Shown one piece after another: positions 1 through 11,100 of a stretch of DNA of 64,000 nt. The DNA comes from Phoronis australis. Lineage: Eukaryota; Animalia; Phoronida. The position numbers were made by a program, and so were the translations under genes. The notes below the pieces were generated by a model that was not told where the DNA came from, did not search any database, and worked only from the letters and a program-made list of their open reading frames with translations. Where the stretch lies: the NCBI GenBank assembly GCA_002633005.1, contig NMRA01000671.1:1-64000 (forward strand). The letters run 5' to 3'. Numbering within the stretch: the stretch's first letter is position 1; every line of letters starts with the position of its first letter.

Positions 1-750
1 GGTGGGGGGCGGTAAAGGTGTAAAGGGTCTTTCCAGAACCCGCCCCTATGGGTCCAAAGGAAGACTGTGGGATGGTCTGCGAGTAGGTGTTTGAGGTGGA
101 AGTTAAGGGATTGTCAACGAGTATTAAAAGTGCCGTCATCGTGGAAACGGAGGAATATCATGCCAATGATGACCGACTGAACAGAAGGGCAAGACTCGAG
201 GATACATGTGTACTCGGAAAACGAAATGAGGTCGTAGGCCAGAAACAAAGGGTGAGATTGGGCATTATACAGTTCATTTCCGGCGATCTGTAGGAACACT
301 AAAGTGGCCGAGAAGTCGGCAATGGCTGGGCTAAATGGCGAACAGAACGCGGGCCAGAGGCGAGTGTGGCCCCGGACACCCTTAGGAGTTGACGGATACA
401 GAGGAATCGTGGAAGTCCAGATTGGTCAGACCCTGATAAGATAGGTGTTCTGACAACGCACGTAAGAACTGCCCAAAATCAAACAACTAGGTGGCATGTT
501 AAGTCTACAACGAATCAGGAAACAATGTACATGTACGATACCTCACTGAGGTGAAGAGACGGAGAATGTTGAAACTTCAAAGAAAATTTGACTGAAAACT
601 CGAAAACTGGAGCGAATTATGGACGATGGCCCAGTGTTGCGACAAGACAAAGAGATCACGTGGTACAATCAAACCAATAATCGTAGAACAAGGAGGGTCA
701 CAAGCAATATGATAATGAGGACGAAGCAGCATAGCTTACATAAAATGACT
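1..750 (-). mobile_element. Degenerate Ngaro/DIRS-like retroelement fragment with SGNH-hydrolase pseudogene (ATG at 497 on minus strand, runs off the window start)
   Basis: Minus-strand translation across stops and frameshifts gives MPPSCLILGSSYVR...VFLQIAGNEL...VQSVIIGMIFLR...FNTR*QSLNFHLKHLLADHPTVFLWTHRGGFWK. This is the SGNH block pattern (GxS, GxND-like) of hydrolase ORFs carried by tyrosine-recombinase retroelements. The element-class assignment is inference. Confidence 0.55.
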
Positions 751-1099
751 TAATACTTATTATTATCTATTGTGATGCGACGGTATCGACCGGGAATTAA
801 ATTGTGCAAAATGACCAAAAATTACCGACTCGTGTGCACAAAGTCCATATTTACACGTATAGATACATGTACACATATACATTATTTTATGTGTGTTTGT
901 GTCTGTGCGCGCGTGTGTGCGTGCGTCTGTGAATACACAAGCAAGGTTATGTATATGACTCAGAAATGCATGATCGGATTCATATACAACATGTTTGATG
1001 AGCTTTTCTCCCAAACGATTGTTTTCAAATTGTTCAATTACTGCATGAGAGGTCATCAGAAATTAGGCACTTTTGTATTTGAATGCAACTTTCTCCTTT

Positions 1100-1890
1100 C
1101 TTAAATTTTACTATTAAGACGAGGTTACGTAATTCAATTAATGTCAGATTGAGAATAAGTTTAATTTCAAATTCTAAAGGCTTTTTACTTTTAAAAACTA
1201 GATACTTGGCTAAACACACAAACAAGTGGACACTGTCCTGCATAACTTTAACACTCCCATAATCATTTTCAGTATGTTACTAGATGCTGAATTTCCAGTC
1301 TCAAGATGTTTAGCTTTGCCATATTATTCAAACCTTGCATTCAATTTCTGCATAGGCATACAACGATGTAAGAGAACTTTTTCTCTAAACTTCCACTTAG
1401 AGTTACTCTTTCCCTTCATTTTAGTCAGAAATTCATGAAACGGATTTCTGTGTGAATGAGTTCTGTAGAAACTTACGCCAAACATTGCTCATGCAACAGA
1501 GTTCCAAATGCTTTAAAACTTGACTACATTTAGTATGAGGTTTTAGTTGGTTCAGCACCATAGTTTTTTCGTCTACGGTTCGCAATTCTACTTCAGTCGC
1601 CACCCCATGATGAAGTAAAGTATCTGACATCTTATGAGTAGTTGACAAAAATAAGCATTCTATTTTTTGGAATAAAGCCAGATAAGGTGAATATCTTGAC
1701 ATAATCTTAGGTCTCTGTCAATTCTCTACTAAAAATACTTTTTGGATGAAACTCCATACAGTTTTCAACACAAGCATCAAGGCGACATCATTCAGTTGTT
1801 TCAATAAACTGGCGACATTTACACTCATCAGGACTTTCTGAAGGGGCCAATTAAATCAACCAGCCTGTTTCTTGGCAAGAAGTGTTCTTG
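1100..1890 (-). mobile_element. Heavily decayed LINE reverse-transcriptase-like fragment
   Basis: Minus strand gives TLLAKKQAG (cf. xxEQAGFR) followed by a YLALFQK...LLHHGV segment (cf. FIDFxKAFD...LxxxGV). Many stops; similarity is weak. Confidence 0.3.
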
Positions 1891-1961
1891 TGCAGCAGTA
1901 GAGTTACCCAAACCCCTGTTCGTGAACGCAACTAAAAGAAAATAACTTCGTTAATGTTTTT

Positions 1962-2027
1962 TATATAAACACTTTGTTTTCCCGACCTGACGGTTTATTT
2001 CCTTGTAAGCTTCAATATATATCATTC
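1962..2027 (+). promoter_or_regulatory. Possible core promoter elements of the VWDE-like gene
   Basis: TATATAAA at 1962-1969 and Inr-like TCATTC at 2022-2027 lie upstream of the ATG at 2066. Spacing is non-canonical (~60 bp). Confidence 0.2.
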
Positions 2028-2065
2028 GGTTTCCTTGTCGAAGTCACAGTGAGCCATAAACAGCG

Positions 2066-2126
2066 ATGGCAGTACGATTCGTAGCCCAAGCGATATGTTG
2101 GTGTGTACTGACATATAGTTCGGCAG
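2066..2126 (+). CDS. VWDE: VWDE-like exon 1 (signal peptide MAVRFVAQAICWCVLTYSSAG)
   Basis: ATG in cagcgATGG context, short hydrophobic stretch, strong donor CAG|GTAAGT; phase 1 matches exon 2. Confidence 0.75.
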
Positions 2127-5100
2127 GTAAGTTTCTATTAGATTCGCCCAGAATAAAAACTTTTATGTTTAAATAAAAAAGTGAGTTCGACTTCGGAAGT
2201 ATAATCTATTTAGCTCGTCAAGTTCGTTCTTTATGTCTTCATAACTTACAAAATCACTGCTATCCGCCGTTGTACCGTCAGCTAATCAACTTCTGCCACT
2301 CATGTAATCACGTGGTGGGAAAATATATTAATTTTTGTTTAATATTTAAGATTCCTCAATTATTTTCCAAATAAAGTGCTTGTTTGCGTAGATTTTGTGT
2401 TTTAAAATTATTCACGGTTTAAAAATGCAAAATTAGGAACGCTTTAACATATTTATAAAGCAAAGCAAATGTCAGCTGCCCTTTTTTATGAGGGAAGACT
2501 GGTATGCCTTCGGGTGGAAAATCAGAGAACAAGTTACTTCATTCCATTTCTTCGTGCAGAAAAAGTATTTTCAAGAACAACAAACAATCGAAATTCCTGA
2601 ATCTTTTCGTTTGGAAGATACTCGAAATTCAGATAACCGAAATGACGGGAAAAGTGCCGACCAATTGGTGCTATTGTCCTACTGGCAACGGGTGAAGAAC
2701 GATAGGAGTCCCATTCCGCCATCTTGTCATTTGACGCAATGGTTTATTTTAAACAGGCTGTAGGCCAAATCCGGTCACCGATTGAAAGTTTTCACTTTGT
2801 CGAAAATACATTCTACACTTAAAACTAATACTCATAAAGCGCTCTCTACTTTTACATATACCTTCGATGAAGAATAGCTACGACAATTAAACTAAACTTT
2901 GGCGCAGAATTCCAATTACAATTTTTGGTCATCGTTAACTTTTTCACCACGTGTGCGATAACCACAAGGTATTTCAACTGAGTCATGTGAGTTAGACTAA
3001 GGCTACCGCGAGACTGAGCGAATTAAGCGCTTACGCTGGCCGGCGTGACACTTGCAAAATAGCATGGGACGGTATCAGGTAAAATTTGTAACATTTGTGT
3101 ACACGGCGATGCAATTGCCTACAGTGAACCCTATTATCGTACTACACTCAAACACAACAACACTATTCATTTTAGCCGGCGCTTTTATTTGTCGTGTACC
3201 GTGGCGACATCTAGCAGGAGCATGCGCCGATGAAGTACCCAAGGCATTGACTATGACCGAGTTAAGTTTGTCAAATTCAAAATTGTCTGTAAAGTATCTG
3301 TCTAAAATATTGAATACAGAAAACATGAGAATTGTAAATATATATTATCCCACATAGGTAGGAATTCTACTGCCATATCCTATCTCATATTCATTTCATC
3401 TGGGAATGTCCAAAACTGGTTAAGCTACAAGACAATCTGTGAAAGTGTTAAATAATCAGTAAAGTTTTATTTCGTAATAAAGTCATCGGAGTTTTTAGAT
3501 TGTAAATAATACAAGTTAAAGCATTGAACTATACAATTATATCAAACGTTTGTCGCAAACTTAAAAAAATCCATCCGGGAATTTAAAAATTGAAACATTC
3601 CCTGAACTGAGTTCTCTGCAACAGCTTGTTGTCAGCTTCGATGAATTCCTTAGTTTTCTTAGTCTATTTCGTGTCTTAACTTTTGGACTGTACAAAGCAA
3701 TAGAAACGTTTCCCCGTGTTGATCACAGAATTGGAAAATAACGGTGGAAATTGTGCTGATTTGCAGAACTTGAGGTAAGGAGTATCGCTAAGAAAAAGTT
3801 TTACCACACGGCCGGCAACGGAGTGTTGAACGCTGCGATTGCTTCAGTAAAAAACACATAATCGTTATTAGGTCTCGATTACCTGTAAAGACCTTAGATC
3901 CCAGGGTAGATATACTGTATGCATCCATAACGAAACTTTTTTGTTGGATTTGTACTGGATTTTGGCAGAATTTACTAGCCGGTAACCTTACTCAGTTTGA
4001 CCTATTTACATGAATAATGACCCAGATTGAAACTTCAGCGAGGCCCAAAAAATAGCTGCCTGCTCACCTTGCATCGGAATTTTCATCGGTAATTCTTTTT
4101 TGTTTTTAGAGCAGAAAACTGATTTTTCAAGATCGATGCCTTGAATTAATGAATTAGGTAAACCAAATGATTGAGACCAATAAAATTTGGCGTTGTACAC
4201 GAAAATTTACTACACCACCAGACTGCACACCAACCGTGAAATACGGGTTCTACCGTGATATACGGATTGGCTCTACTCATATCGCAGTTGAATACGTCAA
4301 ATATGCAAAGACCATATTTTCATATATATGGGATAATGGAAAATACACATAAACAAAATGCAGGGTAAATCAAGAAAAAATTGAGCAGCAAAGGTAATAT
4401 AAATTACGAGAAATACATCATCAGCAAGAGGGTGACCCAGGTGACAGAATGTTATTGGAGGGCACAGAACCTGTAGGATTTTGTCCAGGGGTCGGGTATG
4501 TAATGAACATAATATAGATCTGCTGTAGAAGAGTTAAGAGCAAAAATGGGGGACGCGCCCCTCAACCAAAAGGTTGGGGGCTGAGATAGCTTTCTTAAAC
4601 CAATATTCCAGGTGTTGACATCAATTTACAATTAATAATTAGAACTTTCAACGCATCAACTTTGCTTTCAAATAAAATTGAAAAATTAGCAGACACTCCT
4701 CCCCTAACCATCAGATGATTAATACGCCAATGTTCAAAAACTGCCTTCTTACGCCATCCAAACACGGGTCCAGATATTTATTTCGAAAATTCACACCTTA
4801 CGGCATTCTAGATTCAAGCAGGAGATCTATGCCCAGTTCCAAGAAATGTGTGTTTGTGTGTCTGTGTAAGTATGTGTAAACATCTCTCGTTAACGGATAT
4901 CAGTGATGTTTGTGCTTGCCTTTGCAATACATGTAAATTAAAGTTGAGATAATTTAGTCTCTTCCCGACCTCCATCTTTTTTCTTGACTTCCGTCTAAGG
5001 CCCAGTCTAGAATGCACGAGTCAAAATATATCCTAGAATGTGTTCGAAATTTTCTATTTCGAGGCTGAATTCATGAAATTTTTAGGCCTCTACGTTTTTA

Positions 5101-8100
5101 TTTGTTTATTAATAGTAACATACATGTACATGTACATGTAAATGTTTGCAGTTAAAGCACTCCCCGGCTTAAAACCAGTTACATAGAACAGGAATTTGTC
5201 ATATTAATTTATTCAAGTACTTGCAATGTGGTGTATTAGTTTAATACGTTTTCTGTTTTTAAGAAACACCTGAAGTATTTCTTCCAGCTTGCTGAAAACG
5301 GAATCTAAAGACTTAATCCCAATAGTCTTGATTCTGACTCATGTACCAGGTTTAGAGCCTCTTAACTCTTATCCTGCAGTAGCGTGGTCAGTCGACTTGT
5401 GTTTTATGAAATGAAAACACGATTTCATTTCATTGCGCTTAAAAGAGGCCTGAACTACATGTTTCAGCATTTTAATATGAATTTTGAAACTATGAAGGTT
5501 GGTTACTGCCATCCACATATTCCTAAATAGTGCACGGTATTTTTCTTTTTTAATTTGAAAAGTAATTTATTAGCCCCACTGCAAGCGCTGTTTTTCGTGA
5601 CGTCACTGAGGCTTTACAGCACAAAGAGATATAGATCATAAGCCGTGCGAGTACGTAGTCCAGTCGACAGATCAACATGTGCATACACACGATCATTTTC
5701 GTTTTTCTTTCCTGTGACTTTGATTCAAGATTGCTGTCAGTAACTTTCCATAATAATTCCAGTAATACGCACGCGCAGAGTCCGTTATTGTCACGCCGTG
5801 ACAATAATCTTTCTACAGTAGTTCTTATTACTCTGCGCGTGCAAGCGCAGAGTACAGTTGTTCCTGGGTTTTCTTCAATTTTATTACTCTGCGCGTGTAA
5901 GCGCAGAGTACTGTTGTTCCTGGGTTTTCTTCAATTTTATTACTCTGCGCGTGTAAGCGCAGAGTACTGTTGTTCCTGGGTTTTCTTCAACTTTATTCTT
6001 ATTACTCTGCGCGTGTAAGCGCAGAGTACTGTTGTTCCTGGGTTTTCTTCAATTTTAATACTCTGCGTGTGTAAGCGCAGAGTACTGTTGTTCCTGGGTT
6101 TTCTTCAATTTTATTCTTATTCTTCTTATTCTTCTTCTTATTCTTCTTCCGACCAACTTTGAGGCTTAATAACTACAAATTGGGTGCAGGTACGGTCTTT
6201 AAATTCAGCATATGACTTCTGACTGTATATAAATTTTGATTGGTTATGCAATCATATTCCATTTTGCACCGGAAGAGGTCGTTTGGTGCAAAGGTCATAT
6301 AAATTTCAAAATGCTACTCCTCCTTCAGTTTTAAAGCTATCTTTTTCAATTTCGGTGCACAGGTAAAGGTCAACATGACAATTTAAAAAATTACTTTTCT
6401 AAGTAATTGGGTCATCCAATCAGGTGAAATAGGTCAAAGGTCATTAGGTGCAAACTGAAATTTTGAGCTAGACACTTCAAATTGACAGGTCTGATTGCCA
6501 AAGGTAAATCAAATCGGAGTTCAAAGTTTCAGGTCATTTAGTGCAAACATGGGGTCATTAGGTGCATTTTTCTTCTGAAATTTTGACCTTTTCAATCAGC
6601 AAGTATTCTGATGTGTCAACCGTTAGACAACTGTGATTCTCAGCGTTAAACACATTTTCCATGGGCTTTGCAAATAATTCTCCTAAAGATGCTTAAAATG
6701 CACGGGATAAGGTCAATTAGTGCATTAAGGTCATGTAACGTTCAAAATGTTATATGTCTTACGTTTTTCAAGGAATTCTTTTCAATTTCAGCATACTGGT
6801 GAAAGTCAACATGCAAATTGAATACCCTACTTTACTTCGCAATAGGCCTAACCAATCAGAAAAATAGGTCAAAGGTCATTGAGTGCAAACTAAAATTTTG
6901 AGCTAGGGACTTCAGAATTACGTATCTGTTTACTAAGTGCGATTGAGTTTGAATTCTAAATTTTCAGGTCATTTGGTGCACCCATGGGGTCATTAGGTGC
7001 ATTTTTCTTCTGAAAGTTTGACCACTTTATTCGTCTTGTATTCTGAAGTGCTTAAAGTAAACATCTGTGATTATTAGCATTAACCACACTTTTAATCGAG
7101 TTAACATTTACTCCCTCATCGGGGCTCATAATGCACCGGAAGAGGTCATTTAGTGGAAAGGTCATCAAAAAACTAATATGTAATTTCTCCTACAATTTTG
7201 AAGAATTCCTTTTCATATTGGTAAAGGGGTTGCTGTCAGTAACTTCCCATAACAATTCCAGTAATACGCAAGCGCAGAGTCCATTATTGTCACGAAGTGA
7301 CAATAATCCTTCTAGTTCTTATTCTTCTTATTCTTATTCTTCTTCCGACCAACTTTGAGTCTTAATAACTTCAAAATGGGTGCAGGTACGGTCTTTAAAT
7401 TCAGCATATGACTTTTGACTGTATATGAATTTTGATTGGTTATATAATCATATTCCATATTGCACCGGAAGAGGTCGTTTGGTGCAAAGGTCATATAATT
7501 TTCAAAATGCTACTCCTCCTTCAGTTTTAAAGCTATCTTTTTCAAATTCGGTGCACAGGTACTGATAAGTCAACATGACAATTCAAAAAATTACTTTTCT
7601 AAGTAATCGGGTCATCCAATCAGGTGAAATGGGTCAAAGGTCATTAGGTGCAAACTAAAATTTTGAGCTAGGCACTTCAAATTGACAGGTCTGATGGCCA
7701 CAGGTAAATCAAATCGGAATCCAAAGTTTCAGGTCATTTAGTGCAAACATGGGGTCATTAGGTGCATTTTTCTTCTGAAAATTTGACCTTTTCAATCAGC
7801 AAGTATTCTGTTGTGTCAACCGTTAGACAACTGTGATTCTCAGCGTTAAACACATTTTTCGTGGGCTTTACATTAATTCTCCTAAAGATGCTTAAAATGC
7901 ACCGGATAAGGTCAATTAATGCAAAGGTCATCTAATGTTCAAAATATTATACAATGTATGTCTTACGTTTTTCAAGGAATTCTTTTCAGTTTCAGCACAC
8001 TGGTGTAAGTCAACATGCCAATTGAATGCCCTACTTTACTTTGCAATAGGCATAACCAATCAGAAAAATAGGTCAAAGGTCATTGAATGCAAACTAAAAT

Positions 8101-11100
8101 TTTGAGCTAGAGACTTCAGAATTACGTATCTGTTTACTAAGTGCGATTGAGTTTGAAATCTAAATTTTCAGGTCATTTGGTGAACACATGGGGTCATTAG
8201 GTGCATTTTTCTTCTGAAAACTTGACCTTTTCAATCAGCAAGTATTCTGATGTGTCAACCGTTAGACAACTGTGATTCTCAGCGTTAAACACATATTTCA
8301 TGGGCTTTGCAATAATTCTCCTCAAGATGCTTAAAATGCACCGGATAAGGTCAATTAGTGCAAAGGTCATCTAATGTTCAAAATGTTATATGTCTTACGT
8401 TTTTCAAGGAATTGTTTTCCGTTTCAGCACACTGGTGTAAGTCAACATGCCAATTGAATGCCCTACTTTACTTTGCAATAGGCCTAACCAATCAGAAAAA
8501 AATAGGTCAAAGGTCATTGAGTGCAAACTAAAATTTTGAGCTAGACACTTCAAATTGACAGGTCTGATTGCCACAGGTAAATCAAATCAGAATCCAAAGT
8601 TTCAGGTCATTTAGTGCAAACATGGGGTCATTAGGTGCATTTTACTTCTGAAAATTTGACCTTTTCAATCAGCAAGTTTTCTGATGTGTTAACCGTTAGG
8701 CAACTGTGATTCTCAGCGTTCAACACATTTTCCATGGGCTTTGCAATAATTCTCCTAAACATGCTTAAAATGCACCGGATAAGGTCAATTAGTGCAAAGG
8801 TCATGTAATGTTCAAAATGTTATATCTCTTACGTTTTTCAAGGAATTCTTTTCAATTTCAGCACACCGGTATAAGTCAACATGACAATTTAAAAAATTAC
8901 TTTTCTAAGCAATTGGGTCATCCAATCAGGTTAAACAGGTCAAAGGTCATTAGGTGCAAACTAAAATTTTGAGCTAGACACTTCAAATTCACAGTTCTGA
9001 TTGGCACAGACAATTCAATTTGGAATCCAAAGTTTCAGGTCATTTAGTGCAAACATGGGGTCATTAGGTGCATTTGTCTTCTGAAAATTTGACCTTTTCA
9101 TTCTCCAAGTACACTGATGGGTCAACCGTTAGACAACTGTGATTCTCAGCATTAAACACATTTTTCATGGGCATTGCAATAATTCTCCTAAAGACGCTTA
9201 AAATGCACCGGATAGGGTCAATTAGTGCAAAGGTCAGTTAATGTTCAAAATGTTAAATCTCTTACGTTTTTCAAGGAATTCTTTTCAATTTCAGCACACT
9301 AGTGTATGTTAACATGCCAATTGAACAACCTACTTAACTACGCAATAGGCCTAACCAAGCAGAAAAAATAGGTCAAAAGTCATTGAGTGCGAAATTAAAA
9401 TTTTGAGCTAGAGACTTCAAAATTACATATCGGTTTACTAAACGCGATTGAGTTTGTATTCTAAATTTTTGGGTCATTTGGTGCATCCATGGGGTCATTA
9501 GGTGCATTTTTCTTCTGAAAGTTTGACCAATTCATTCATGTTGTATTCTTAAGTGCTTAAAGTAAAACACCTGTGATTCTTAGCATTAACTATACTTTAA
9601 CTTGGTTGTACAATTATTCCCTCACTGGGGTTCATAATGCACCGGAAAAGGTCAGTTAGTGGAAAGGTCATCAAAATATTAACATGCAATTACTCCTACA
9701 ATTTTAAAGAATTTCTTTTCATATTGGTAAACGGGGTTGCTGTCAGTAACTTCCCATAACAATTCCTTTAATACGCACGCGCAGAGTCCATTATTGTCAC
9801 GCCGTGACAATAATCTTTCTAGTTCTTATTACTCTGCGCGTGTAAGCGCAGAGTACTGTTGTTCCTGGGTTTTCTTCAATTTTATTCTTATTACTCTGCG
9901 CGTGTAAGCGCAGAGTACTGTTGTTCCTGGGTTTTCTTCAATTTTATTCTTATTCTTCTTATTCTTCTTATTCTTATTCTTCTTATTCTTCTTCCGACCA
10001 ACTTTGAGGCTTAATAACTCCAAATTGGGTGCAGGTACGGTCTTTAAATTCAACATATGACTTTTTACAGTATATAAATTTTGATTGGTTATATAATCAT
10101 ATTCCATATTGCACCGGAAGAGGTCGTTTGGTGCAAAGGTCATGTAATTTTCAAAATGCTACTCCTCCTTCAGTTTTAAAGTTATCTTTTTCAAATTCGG
10201 TGCACAGGTATAAGTCAACATGACAATTTAAAAAATTACTTTTCTAAGTAATCGGGTCATCCAATCAGGTGAAATAGGTCAAAGGTCATTAGGTACAAAC
10301 TAAAATTTTGAGCTAGACACTTCAAATTGACAGGTCTGATTGCCACAGGTAAATCAAATCGGAATCCAAAGTTTCAGGTCATTTAGTGCAAACATGGGGT
10401 CATTAGGTGCATTTTTCTTCTGAAAATTTGACCTTTTCTTTCTCCAAGTACACTGATGTGTCAACCGTTAGACAACTGTGATTCTCAGCATTAAACACAT
10501 TTTTCATGGGCTTTGCAATAATTCTCCTAAAGACGCTTATAATGCACCGGATAGGGTCAATTAGTGCAAAGGTCAGTTAACGGTCAAAATGTTGTATCTC
10601 TTACGTTTTTCAAGGAATTCTTTTCAATTTCAGCACACTAGTGTATGTCAGCATGCCAATTGAACAACCTACTTAACTACGCAATAGGCCTAACCAATCA
10701 GAAGAAATAGGTCAAAGGTCATTGAGTGCAAAATTAAAATTTAGGTAGTTTTAGGGTTCTTTCAAAACTATTTCTAAATTCTCTTCATATCACAGAATTT
10801 TCTATCAGCTTTAAATTTAAAAAAACGATCTGCCAACTGCTTGCCACTTCGTCCATTTTTCTCCCAAAAAGAAAAGGACGTTTCCTTATTTGAAATGGCA
10901 AGGCATAGACGTAAAACATTTTTCCCTCCTAAGGAAATTGTGACCTTTGACCTCAAGCAACAACAGGCATGGGCGCATTTATCATAACTGGGAGGGAGGT
11001 TTGAAACTATGTGGATACCACACAGTTTTTCTTTCGCACGTGTTTCGAACTTCGTGAATGTTGTGATTTATTCCGGAATCGTCCTCACAGAGGAACGTGA

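Noticed and set aside
763-1104. Overlapping 97-110 aa ORFs
   Set aside because: Driven by (GT/GC)n low-complexity sequence; no recognisable domain.
2306-2953. Possible MITE bounded by CACGTGGTG..AAAA / TTTTCACCACGTG
   Set aside because: The inverted repeat is short, with no clear TSD and no second copy in the window.
5825-6112. CRISPR-like array of palindromic repeats
   Set aside because: Units are wholly repeated with no unique spacers, there are no cas genes, the context is a eukaryotic intron, and the HINE 5' end explains them.
5550-10223. ORFs 5677..6018, 7131..7358, 7312..7494, 9829..10143 and 10029..10223
   Set aside because: Translations of HINE repeats and microsatellites; low complexity and no protein motifs.
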